Source: a virus (taxonomy: Duplodnaviria; Heunggongvirae; Uroviricota; Caudoviricetes). From it: a stretch of 11,440 nucleotides of DNA. Shown piece after piece: positions 1 to 11,440 of the stretch; the first letter of the stretch is position 1; each line of letters opens with the position of its first letter. The DNA is taken from the IMG/VR virus record IMGVR_UViG_2585427781_000005. One strand, 5' to 3'. The translations under genes were made by a program, and so were the position numbers. The notes beneath the pieces are model-generated. The model searched no databases. It was not told the origin of the DNA and saw only the letters and a program-made list of their open reading frames with translations.

Positions 1-1
1 C

Positions 2-961
<960 letters not shown>

Positions 962-1090
962 AAACTGGGGATAACGCCTTAAATGGCGAAGAAACGGTCT
1001 AAATAGGCTGATTCGATGTGTTTGCGGGAAAAAAATCGGCCCAGATCCGCGAAATTTTAATCAGCGAGTCAGCTTGGGAAGAAATGACCT

Positions 1091-1106
1091 GCTTATTCGC
1101 ACCTTC
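1091..1106. repeat. IS5 terminal inverted repeat (16 bp)
   Basis: cttattcgcaccttcc is read directly from the sequence, 130 bp downstream of the transposase stop. Confidence 0.8.
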
Positions 1107-1395
1107 CTTAAGTGAAGATGCTTGACGAATCGCCAAATAAAACATCTTCATCAGCATAAAAATCCATATATGATTGAAAATTTAGTCATTAATACCATTC
1201 ATATCTGAATACTGACCTAATATGCTTACTAACCGTGAGAAATCTTTTTTTTCGACTTAATCACTCGAAATAAACTTTCACTCAATTGAAAACAATTAGC
1301 TACAATTATCATTGCAATATCAAATCAAACATAACAACTTGCATAAATTCTCATGGGATACAGCATCAGTTGTGCCAAACACATAAGGAATTGAA

Positions 1396-1593
1396 ATGGA
1401 CGGAGAAAGCTTTAACTTTGATGACAATGATATTGAATTTATTGCTTCAATGTATGCATCATGTAAATTATCAGGAAGCATCGCCCCCATAATGCATATA
1501 ATGGTTAGCATTCCAAGAAATAAGAAAAAACAATTCTACGAACGAGTTGAGCATTATTGTAGTTTATATTCCAATAAAAACCCACCTTCTTAA
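1396..1593 (+). CDS. hypothetical small protein, 65 aa, acidic N-terminus (MDGESFNFDDNDIEF...), no recognisable family
   Basis: ATG at 1396 is preceded by AAGGA (1385-1389) with a 6-nt spacer, a near-ideal Shine-Dalgarno arrangement. The frame is open for 65 codons to TAA at 1591-1593, unusual in stop-rich AT-rich DNA. A TACAAT -10-like hexamer sits at 1301-1306. No homology is recognised. Confidence 0.3.
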   Translation: MDGESFNFDDNDIEFIASMYASCKLSGSIAPIMHIMVSIPRNKKKQFYERVEHYCSLYSNKNPPS

Positions 1594-1725
1594 ATTCGCT
1601 GCATTCTAGTGGATTCCATTAAGAAAACAATGACATACACTCAAACACATCTTTTTTATCAACAGTGAATTTCAGTTCGGCCAGTTTTTACCAGCTATTA
1701 TAAAAATAGCATCCATATAAAGTTT

Positions 1726-1829
1726 TTACCCCACAGGTACAGCTGGCCATTCGATAACCGCACTAAGGAAGTGCCAACACGATATCAGCAAGACCCGATA
1801 TTTCTTCCATGCCGCCAGCAACGATGTTA
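1726..1829 (-). pseudogene. remnant of the 3' end of a second, diverged tfa (tail fiber assembly) gene
   Basis: Minus-strand translation gives ...[32 protein letters not shown], against the intact Tfa C-terminus ...[32 protein letters not shown]. The DNA at 1726-1826 aligns colinearly with 2412-2512, with matching ends and a divergent centre. Upstream of ~1830 the frame is AT-rich with no Tfa similarity. Confidence 0.55.
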
Positions 1830-1981
1830 AGGTTAAATTAATTATAAAAAATATATTATAATTCCATCTTCGCATTAAATTTTAACCTTTAATCTCCACA
1901 CGGAACAAGTTGCATAGGTGACTATATTAGGAAAACTTATAACCACCAAAACATTTGCTTTGCAAACAAAAACAGTGACCA

Positions 1982-2010
1982 TTGACTCTAAGAAAATTCC
2001 GATCTATTGT
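1982..2010 (+). promoter_or_regulatory. candidate sigma70 promoter (TTGACT, 17-bp spacer, TATTGT)
   Basis: -35-like TTGACT at 1982-1987 and -10-like TATTGT at 2005-2010 with a 17-bp spacer, placed about 35 nt upstream of the ATG at 2045. This is a sequence match only, and AT-rich DNA gives many such matches. Confidence 0.2.
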
Positions 2011-2044
2011 TAGGATCATCAAAGTTACTTAACAGTATTCCGAA

Positions 2045-2146
2045 ATGAAAATACAAAGCAAGCTAATTGTCTTATTAAACATTATCATTGCATTTATATT
2101 ATTTGAGCTTTTAGCTCAAAAATTTGGTTTGAGTACATTATTTTAA
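2045..2146 (+). CDS. hypothetical 33-aa hydrophobic peptide MKIQSKLIVLLNIIIAFILFELLAQKFGLSTLF (one predicted transmembrane helix)
   Basis: ATG at 2045 to TAA at 2144-2146. The N-terminus has two lysines followed by an ~18-residue hydrophobic stretch. It sits between a promoter-like element and a clear intrinsic terminator. There is no obvious Shine-Dalgarno, and AT-rich codon bias gives I/L/F/K-rich ORFs by chance. Confidence 0.2.
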   Translation: MKIQSKLIVLLNIIIAFILFELLAQKFGLSTLF

Positions 2147-2294
2147 AGCAAGATAAACAATATCGGGCACTCTAGTTTTTATAATTAACAATTAAACGTC
2201 CATAAAATGTTATTTACTTTTGTTCGCTATTGTCATATCTTAATATAGTGGCTTACGCCACTCTACTTTCATCACATTTTGTACGTTTATGTAC

Positions 2295-2328
2295 TCGCCA
2301 TGAAGCTCTTTCATGGCGATTTTTTATT
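2295..2328 (+). terminator. rho-independent terminator (10-bp stem, 5-nt loop, T-tract), plus-strand specific
   Basis: tcgccatgaa (2295-2304) pairs with ttcatggcga (2310-2319) around loop gctct, followed by ttttttatt (2320-2328). The minus-strand reading lacks a U-tract after the hairpin, so it ends a plus-strand transcript converging on tfa. Confidence 0.6.
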
Positions 2329-2411
2329 CTTAATCCAAGAACATACTCCCTACCTATAGCAAAATCACTTTTTGAACAAAAGAATAACGTATTTAGGTAA
2401 TCATTACGAAT

Positions 2412-2993
2412 TTACCCTATAGGTGCTACTGGCCATTCAATATCCGGTGCAGTTGTTGTATTAACACGGTTCAGCAACACCCGATACTTTTTCCAGGCTT
2501 CCAGCAACGAGTTTTCTTCCTCCGTTGCGATTTCCAGATCTACAGCATCCTGAAGTGGCGCAATATGCTCATTCGCTGCCTGCATCAGGCTGTTTTTTGT
2601 TTCTTCCGCCTCCCGGATCCGGAATAGTTTTTCTGCTTCTGCATCTTTCACCCAGGCTGTGCCGTTCCACTTCTGAAACTCCCCTTCCGGGGATAACCAG
2701 GTGACATTTTCCGGTAATGAGCCGAGTTCAGAAATAAATAACGCGTCGCCGGAAGCCACGTCATAAACCGTTTTACCCCGATGATCTTCAACGAGATGCC
2801 ACGATAACTCATCACTGTTGAAAACAGCCACGAAGCCAGCTGGAATATCTGGCGGTGCAATGTCGGTACTGTTTGCTGGCAGACCTGTATGAGGCGGAAT
2901 ATATGCATCACCTTCACCAATAAATTCATTAGTTCCGGACAGCAGATTATAAATTTTTATGGTCCGTGCTTGTTCACTCATTCTGAATGCCAT
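2412..2993 (-). CDS. tfa: tail fiber assembly protein Tfa (lambda Tfa-like chaperone), 193 aa
   Basis: The translation [51 protein letters not shown]... matches lambda Tfa from memory. Its ATG overlaps the stf stop as TAATG (2991-2995). Confidence 0.95.
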   Translation of the reverse strand: MAFRMSEQARTIKIYNLLSGTNEFIGEGDAYIPPHTGLPANSTDIAPPDIPAGFVAVFNSDELSWHLVEDHRGKTVYDVASGDALFISELGSLPENVTWLSPEGEFQKWNGTAWVKDAEAEKLFRIREAEETKNSLMQAANEHIAPLQDAVDLEIATEEENSLLEAWKKYRVLLNRVNTTTAPDIEWPVAPIG

Positions 2994-5900
2994 TATGCAA
3001 GCCTCACAATATAGTTAAATGCGATGTTTTTGACGGTGTTTTCCGCGTTACCAGCAGCGTTAACGGTGATGGTGTGTCCATGTGAACCAATCGCAACCGA
3101 GTGCGTATGCGCACCAATACCTACAGTATGTGCGTGTGCACCTGCGCTTGCAGCAGTACCCGATACAGAGTGCGTATGAGCGCCTGCAGAAGAAGTGTTA
3201 ACACTGTATTTAGAATAATCAGGTGATCCACTTCCCGGAGCACCACTGGAACCACCTGAAACAAATGTCATCGAATGGGTATGTGCACCGGCTGAAGCAG
3301 CCGTACCGCTAACACTATGGGTATGCGCACCAGTGTTATTCGTGGATTTAGTGCCGTAATCAAACGACGATGTGGTTTTCGTCCCCAAATCAGTACTGGA
3401 TGCGCTGGCGCTGTGGGTATGCGATTTTATGCCGTCCTGTTCCTGAGACAATACGGCACGACCACTGGCGGGCTTGCCCTTAATCGTCCAGCCACGCATA
3501 TCAGGGATCACGCCTGACGGATAAGCGGCTGCAAGTTTCGGGTAGGCAGATTTGTCAAAAGTCTGCCCCTGCATCAGGGCATAACCAGACGGAACGGTAT
3601 CTGATGGCCACGGGATTGGTGCGCCGACTGGGTAGCTTTCTGGTGGAAGATTTTTCGAGGTATAAACTTCTGCCCAGTCTTCCTCAAAACCATAACCGTC
3701 TCTTGAAGAACGGTAGAACAGACCACCATTTCTGTAATGCGCCTTCATCTGCAAGGTCCGGCAACTTCCGACTCCGGTATAGAAGTTAACCAGAATATAG
3801 CTGTCGCCAGAGCGGGTGACCTTATAAGCGCCTGATTCGGCATTCCAGGGAACGCCCCCATCCGCATCGGCATATGTATCCGTTGCCCTTCTGGCAAAAG
3901 CAGCCACATGCGCGGCGGTTAAAGTGATATCAGTAGAACCATCAAATGGAACACCGGATATTTTTCTTGCAGTCTGAAGTTTTGTAGCAGTTGCAGCATT
4001 ACCAGTGGTGTTCTGATTACCCGTAGTGTTTACACCTGGAAGGTTAATATTTGCAGAACCGTCGAAAACAACTCCACCGATAGATCTTGCCGTCTGCAAT
4101 TTCGTGGCTGTACTTGCATTACCATTCAATGAACCAGTTAATCCACCTGTAACAGACAACGGACCTGAAACTGTTCCTCCGGTTGTTGGCAGTGCTCCAA
4201 TATCTGATGGTGTAGGTTTCTGATGTGAGCTATACATCGTATAAACAACACCATAGGTAACGCTGGAAGGCTTACTCGCTGAATATGTTGGCGAGGTATA
4301 AACAGAAACTGACGCATTTGCAGTACAATCCCAATGGATATTTACACTCGTCGCATAATTGCCAATCTCAACGTAAATATCATATGTATCGCCGGATGTG
4401 TTGATCCAGGCGAAATTCGTTAATCCGACGGCTGTACGCTTCCACAAAGCCCCGGTAATTCCTTTGGGGTTTCCATTGCCTGCTCGTAGAACCAGTTCTG
4501 AAATGCCTGCCTGATGTGGGGAACCGACGTTGTAACCAGCGCCACCAATCAATGCGATGTAAACGATGGAACTCGCTTGTGGCATGGTAACCGTAGCCAG
4601 TTTGAACCACCCAGCCCCGCCAGAGAAAGACATCGTTACTGAATTTAAAGTACCAATATCTTTCGGCGTTAATGTTATATCCGCAGTCAGTGCTTTTCCG
4701 TTAACTTTTCGGTTAGATGGCACCCTGCTATTCGCATTGTCATTGGCTGCTTTAACTGCTTTTGGCGTTGCGGCCAGCGATTCACTGGTGCTATCAACAG
4801 CACTGCTAAGTTTCACAACACCTTTAGTTGTAAGGCTTGCGTCTTCCATCGCAACTGCACCGGCCATCTCTTCAGCACGATCAGCAGCAGCTTCCGCACG
4901 GGTCGCAGCGGATTCAGCAGTAGTTTTGCTCTGAGATGCTGCCGTCGCACTGCCTGCCGCCTCTGTTGCCTTCGTGGATGCCGTCGTGGCGCTGCTCTTC
5001 GCTGCTGACGCCTGTCTGGTCGCCTCATCTTTTGAAGCAGACGCAGATGATGCCGATGACGACGCCGAACTGGCTGACGATGCGGCAGCCGTTTTTGAGG
5101 ATTCTGCGCTGGTTTCCGACGCTTTCGCGTTCGTTTCGGATGTCTTCGCTGCGGAAGCAGACCTCGCTGCTGCGCTGGCCTGTTCAGTGGCTTCGCCAGC
5201 CTTCGTTGTGGCTGTTGAAGCAGACGATGCGGCGCTTTCTGCCGATTTTCCGGCGGCGGTGGCACTGGCTGAGGCCTGCCCGGCACTTGTTGACGCTGCA
5301 CTGGCAGACGACGCAGCCGCTGTTTTTGAGCCTGCCGCAGCCGAGGCGCTCTGTCCCGCTGCCGTTTCAGAAGACCTGGCGTTCGTCTCTGACGTTTTTG
5401 CCGCCTTCGCGGAATTTCCTGCCGCTGTTGCCGAGGAAGCTGCGCTACTGGCGCTCGAGGATGCGTTCGTTTCTGATGATTTTGCCGCCTCTTTTGAAGC
5501 CGCCGCATCCCGGGCTGAGGTGGCAGCTTCTGACGCTTTCGTAGTTGCGGTGGATGCAGAAGTGGCTGCTGATTGTTGTGACGCTGCAGCATTCGTTTCT
5601 GACGTTTTCGCGGCACTGGCACTGGTAGCTGCCGCGCTTTTTGAGGACTCTGCAGCGGCAGCACTTTTTGATGCTTCAGTAGCCTTTGTTGATGCCGTTC
5701 CTGCGCTGGAAGTCGCTGACTGAGCCGACGACGCGGCCTGTCCGGCTGACGTGCTGGCTGCGCGTGCTGAGCCTGCAGCATCAGTCGCATGGGTTGCCGC
5801 CTCACGGGCTGATGTGCTGGCATCACTGGCTGACTTCTTCGCGGCTGCCGTGTTCTGTGCCACCACGGACGCGTTACGCGCCACCTCTTCCACCATCAGC

Positions 5901-6220
5901 TCAAAACGGCGCAGTGCCTCCGGACGGGCATCATCCTCCGTCATGGCACCGAGAAAATCATTCAGCGTACCGGGTCGGGAATCTTCATACACTGTGATGG
6001 TCCCGGCATGTGACGGCGGGAATCCTTCCACCAACAGACTGACGCTGTACTGACCGTACTCAACGTCCATACTGTAACGCCCGGCTTCATCCGGATTTTC
6101 AGATGCCAGCGTGTTCACCACCACCGTGGTACTGTTACGTTTTGCTTTCAGCTGGATTGTGCAGTTCTGTACCGGTTTTCCTGTGCCGTCTTTCAGTACA
6201 CCTGAAATTTTTACTGCCAT
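2993..6220 (-). CDS. stf: side tail fiber protein Stf, intact, 1075 aa from the ATG at 6220
   Basis: N-terminus [26 protein letters not shown]... and C-terminus ...[31 protein letters not shown] match lambda Stf from memory. The track start at 6226 is a GTG two codons upstream; ATG at 6218-6220 gives the canonical MAVKISG N-terminus and follows GGGG at a suitable distance. Confidence 0.95.
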   Translation of the reverse strand: MAVKISGVLKDGTGKPVQNCTIQLKAKRNSTTVVVNTLASENPDEAGRYSMDVEYGQYSVSLLVEGFPPSHAGTITVYEDSRPGTLNDFLGAMTEDDARPEALRRFELMVEEVARNASVVAQNTAAAKKSASDASTSAREAATHATDAAGSARAASTSAGQAASSAQSATSSAGTASTKATEASKSAAAAESSKSAAATSASAAKTSETNAAASQQSAATSASTATTKASEAATSARDAAASKEAAKSSETNASSSASSAASSATAAGNSAKAAKTSETNARSSETAAGQSASAAAGSKTAAASSASAASTSAGQASASATAAGKSAESAASSASTATTKAGEATEQASAAARSASAAKTSETNAKASETSAESSKTAAASSASSASSSASSASASKDEATRQASAAKSSATTASTKATEAAGSATAASQSKTTAESAATRAEAAADRAEEMAGAVAMEDASLTTKGVVKLSSAVDSTSESLAATPKAVKAANDNANSRVPSNRKVNGKALTADITLTPKDIGTLNSVTMSFSGGAGWFKLATVTMPQASSIVYIALIGGAGYNVGSPHQAGISELVLRAGNGNPKGITGALWKRTAVGLTNFAWINTSGDTYDIYVEIGNYATSVNIHWDCTANASVSVYTSPTYSASKPSSVTYGVVYTMYSSHQKPTPSDIGALPTTGGTVSGPLSVTGGLTGSLNGNASTATKLQTARSIGGVVFDGSANINLPGVNTTGNQNTTGNAATATKLQTARKISGVPFDGSTDITLTAAHVAAFARRATDTYADADGGVPWNAESGAYKVTRSGDSYILVNFYTGVGSCRTLQMKAHYRNGGLFYRSSRDGYGFEEDWAEVYTSKNLPPESYPVGAPIPWPSDTVPSGYALMQGQTFDKSAYPKLAAAYPSGVIPDMRGWTIKGKPASGRAVLSQEQDGIKSHTHSASASSTDLGTKTTSSFDYGTKSTNNTGAHTHSVSGTAASAGAHTHSMTFVSGGSSGAPGSGSPDYSKYSVNTSSAGAHTHSVSGTAASAGAHAHTVGIGAHTHSVAIGSHGHTITVNAAGNAENTVKNIAFNYIVRLA
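3914..4120 (-). repeat. two copies of a ~29-aa phage tail-fiber repeat inside stf
   Basis: The DNA at 3965-4003 and 4085-4123 is visibly repeated and encodes N-A-[SA][11 protein letters not shown][GS]-G-V-x-F-D-G-S twice. Confidence 0.7.
4847..5854 (-). repeat. low-complexity Ala/Ser/Thr-rich shaft region of Stf with a recurring AAKTSETNA motif
   Basis: About 335 residues are dominated by A, S and [10 protein letters not shown] occurs three times, 70 and 84 residues apart. This GC-rich, stop-poor DNA accounts for the long overlapping ORFs in other frames. Confidence 0.75.
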
Positions 6221-6231
6221 ATTCACCCCAC

Positions 6232-6258
6232 AAAAAAGCCCGCCTGAACCGGCGGGCT
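6232..6258 (-). terminator. rho-independent terminator downstream of lom, immediately upstream of the stf start
   Basis: On the minus strand agcccgcc / ggcgggct form an 8-bp GC-rich stem (plus-strand 6237-6244 and 6251-6258) with a 6-nt loop, followed by a 5-6-nt U-tract (plus-strand aaaaaa 6232-6237). It lies 8 nt upstream of the stf SD/ATG. Confidence 0.55.
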
Positions 6259-6284
6259 GTCATAACACTGTGTTACCTGGCTAA

Positions 6285-6884
6285 TCAGAATTTATAACCA
6301 ACACCCACGATGAACCCGTCAGTGCGCCAGTCACCACTGCCGGAGCCTTCATAAGCGACATCAATGGCCACGGATTCGGTCGGGTTAAACTGCACGCCAG
6401 CTCCCCACGCCAGAGACGTGTTGCTGTGGCGACCGTCATCACTTCCGGTCAGCACATCGTGCTTTTTCCCCTTGTTGTCAGTTACGTGGAGATAATCCCC
6501 GGAGAAAGTCGACACACGGCTGTAAGCCACACCCGCCATCGCATACGCGCTGAACCATTCATTCACGCGCACAGACGGCCCCGCCATTACGCTGAACCAG
6601 CGGTTACGAACGGAATCTTCATGCCAGCGGGTATCGCTGTAACGGGTAATCTGGCGATTCTTGTCTCCTGCATAGCTGAACGACGTCACCATCCCCAGTG
6701 TGTCCGTAAACTCATAACGGTATTTCACGTTAATCCCGTTCAGATCATCACTGCCGGGAACGTTCGTCCGGGCATGAAGATACCCCGCGCTCAGCGTGGA
6801 CTGATGTTCAGACGCCCATGCAGGCGCACCGGATACGGCCAGACAAATGGCTGCGGACAAAATGGCGGCATAAAGTTTACGCAT
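6285..6884 (-). CDS. lom: outer membrane protein Lom (Ail/Lom/PagC family beta-barrel), 199 aa
   Basis: The translation [38 protein letters not shown]...[10 protein letters not shown] matches lambda Lom from memory, with a signal-peptide-like N-terminus, a C-terminal aromatic residue, and a GAGG Shine-Dalgarno. Confidence 0.95.
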   Translation of the reverse strand: MRKLYAAILSAAICLAVSGAPAWASEHQSTLSAGYLHARTNVPGSDDLNGINVKYRYEFTDTLGMVTSFSYAGDKNRQITRYSDTRWHEDSVRNRWFSVMAGPSVRVNEWFSAYAMAGVAYSRVSTFSGDYLHVTDNKGKKHDVLTGSDDGRHSNTSLAWGAGVQFNPTESVAIDVAYEGSGSGDWRTDGFIVGVGYKF

Positions 6885-6906
6885 AATTACCTCTCGCTTT
6901 TCTGCA

Positions 6907-6932
6907 ATAAAAAAGGCGTCATTTCTGACGCC
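6907..6932 (-). terminator. rho-independent terminator between J and lom
   Basis: On the minus strand ggcgtca / tgacgcc form a 7-bp stem (plus-strand 6915-6921 and 6926-6932) with a GAAA tetraloop, followed by ttttttat (plus-strand 6907-6914). It lies 19 nt after the J stop and 22 nt before the lom ATG. Confidence 0.55.
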
Positions 6933-6950
6933 CGTTCTGGGTTATAAAAT

Positions 6951-10352
<3,402 letters not shown>

Positions 10353-10372
10353 TCACGCTCCATAAACGACAA

Positions 10373-10390
10373 AACCGCCCGGAGGCGGTT
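10373..10390 (-). other. GC-rich hairpin in the I-J intergenic region
   Basis: aaccgcc (10373-10379) and ggcggtt (10384-10390) form a 7-bp stem with a 4-nt loop. On the minus strand it is followed by ttgtcgttta, which is U-rich but interrupted. Function is unclear. Confidence 0.3.
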
Positions 10391-10409
10391 TCACATAAAA
10401 CATTTTGCA

Positions 10410-11057
10410 TCAGCGACCAATCACCACAACCTGACCACCATCCCCTTCGTCTGCCGTGCTGATCTCCTGAGAAACCACCCGCGACCCCACGCGCATTTCA
10501 CCGTACAGAACAGGCAAAACATTGCCCTGGGCAACCATGTTATCCAGTGAGGAGAAATAGGTGTTCTGTTTGCCGTTATCTGTACTGGCTGCCGTGGGCG
10601 TCCTGGCTTTCGGTGCCAGCATCTGCGCCACTCCGCCCAGGATCATACTGGCCCCTGCCGCATACATGCCCGATACAGCCGCGGCACCCAGCCAGCCCAC
10701 AGGGTTCCACCATGCCACCGCAATCAGCGCCGCCCCAAGCACCACCTGAAACACACCGCCACTTTTAGCTCCCGCCAGACGCGGCACGATGTGGATCACG
10801 GCACCATTTGCCAGCGGCTCATTAAGACGGGCAGATAATTCATTTTCGCCTGCATCACGCCCGGCAATGCGCACCTGATACCAGCCCTTATTCAGTTTCT
10901 GACGAAACGCCGGGAGCTGAGTGGCCAGCGCCCGGATGGCTTCGGCCCCCGTTTTCACACGAAGGTCGATGCGGCGGCCAAATCGTTGCAAATCCCCGTA
11001 AAGGCAGATGCGTGCCATGCCCGGTGACGCCAGAGGGAGTGTGTGCGTCGCTGCCAT
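10410..11057 (-). CDS. I: tail assembly protein I, 215 aa
   Basis: The N-terminus MAATHTLPLASPGMARICLYGDLQRFGRRIDLRVKTGAEAIRALATQLPAFRQKL and C-terminus ...NVLPVLYGEMRVGSRVVSQEISTADEGDGGQVVVIGR match lambda I from memory. The central hydrophobic segment is shorter than I remember for lambda. Confidence 0.93.
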   Translation of the reverse strand: MAATHTLPLASPGMARICLYGDLQRFGRRIDLRVKTGAEAIRALATQLPAFRQKLNKGWYQVRIAGRDAGENELSARLNEPLANGAVIHIVPRLAGAKSGGVFQVVLGAALIAVAWWNPVGWLGAAAVSGMYAAGASMILGGVAQMLAPKARTPTAASTDNGKQNTYFSSLDNMVAQGNVLPVLYGEMRVGSRVVSQEISTADEGDGGQVVVIGR

Positions 11058-11440
11058 TTGTCGGTATACCTCTCTCGTTTGCTCAGTTGTTCAGGAATAT
11101 GGTGCAGCAGCTCGCCGTCGCCGCAGTAAATAGCGGCATGATTCGGCACCGATGAACCAAAACAGCACAGCAGCACATCGCCCGGCTGCGCCGCTGACAA
11201 CGGCACCTGATACAGCCCTGTAGCCTCCAGATTATCCAGATAGAGATTCTGACCGTTACGCCACCAGTCATCCCCGCGATGAAAATCCGGCATCTCAATC
11301 CCCGCCAGATGGTAAGCATCCCGGAACAGCGTGTAACAGTCCGTCACCCCGTGCTCAAAGCGCCGCCCGGTGAGATGCGGCACACAGCGGAATTTATGAA
11401 TCTCACCCCGGCAGACCAGCCACCACGGCAAATCACTCTG
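10955..11440 (-). CDS. K: tail assembly protein K (NlpC/P60-type cysteine peptidase domain), C-terminal part only
   Basis: The frame is open to the window end. The track start at 11431 is a TTG read as Met, not a real start. The D-C-Y-T-L motif (nt 11327-11341) carries the NlpC/P60 catalytic Cys. The 103-nt overlap with I matches the lambda K/I arrangement. Confidence 0.9.
   Translation of the reverse strand, partial: QSDLPWWLVCRGEIHKFRCVPHLTGRRFEHGVTDCYTLFRDAYHLAGIEMPDFHRGDDWWRNGQNLYLDNLEATGLYQVPLSAAQPGDVLLCCFGSSVPNHAAIYCGDGELLHHIPEQLSKRERYTDKWQRRTHSLWRHRAWHASAFTGICNDLAAASTFV

Noticed and set aside
1112-1210. Short inverted repeats (gaagatg/catcttc at 1112-1149; near-palindrome attcatatctgaat at 1197-1210) and a 10-bp direct repeat agtttttacc (1683-1692, 1721-1730)
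   Set aside because: They are short and lie in AT-rich DNA, where such matches are expected by chance. No flanking feature suggests an operator, att site or integrase.
1286-1511. ORFs 1286..1492 (+) and 1320..1511 (-), overlapping the 65-codon ORF
   Set aside because: Neither has a Shine-Dalgarno, and both are mutually exclusive with the better-supported 1396..1593 frame. They were kept only as evidence that the stretch is stop-poor.
2648-2929. 93-aa minus-strand ORF
   Set aside because: It is an alternative frame inside tfa.
1726-2993. Invertible tail-fiber segment (Mu G, P1 C or e14 P type) or a diversity-generating retroelement targeting the fiber
   Set aside because: The two tfa 3' ends are in direct, not inverted, orientation. 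No invertase or reverse transcriptase gene is in the window, and no template/variable repeat pair with adenine-specific mismatches was seen.
4813-5826. 337-aa minus-strand ORF and plus-strand ORFs 4974..5723, 4936..5544, 4566..4934, 5686..5997 and 5751..6053
   Set aside because: They sit inside the Ala/Ser/Thr-rich shaft region of stf, where repetitive GC-rich DNA is stop-poor in several frames. The translations are poly-R/Q/P or poly-A/D and have no protein-like features.
6221-6226. stf start at 6226, as given by the ORF track
   Set aside because: That codon is GTG. The ATG two codons downstream at 6218-6220 gives the MAVKISG N-terminus shared with lambda-type Stf.
6426-6947. 173-aa plus-strand ORF
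   Set aside because: It is antisense to lom and to the J-lom intergenic terminator; lom is the supported gene.
11429-11431. K start at 11431, as given by the ORF track
   Set aside because: That codon is a TTG in a frame that stays open to the window end. K begins upstream of the window.

Overview
Most of this window is a canonical lambda-like prophage tail-tip module, all on the minus strand and read right to left: K (3' part, cut by the window end), I, J, lom, stf and tfa (2412..11440). The gene order, the 103-nt K/I overlap, the 60-nt I-J gap and the protein sequences match what I recall of phage lambda. To the left of tfa lies a ~1.3 kb AT-rich segment (1107..2411, roughly 25-37% G+C by eye, against well over 50% in the tail genes) with no long ORF, and then an IS5-family insertion sequence (1..1106) truncated by the window start. 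I do not see a multi-gene novel system here. The only candidate for new biology is the AT-rich segment, which holds a diverged extra copy of the tfa 3' end, a small promoter / 33-codon hydrophobic ORF / terminator unit, and a 65-codon ORF with a good ribosome-binding site. These small ORFs are tentative, because AT-rich DNA produces short hydrophobic ORFs by chance. All homology statements come from memory of lambda and IS5 protein sequences, not from a database search. The supplied ORF track uses GTG/TTG as starts in places, so two gene starts are corrected below.
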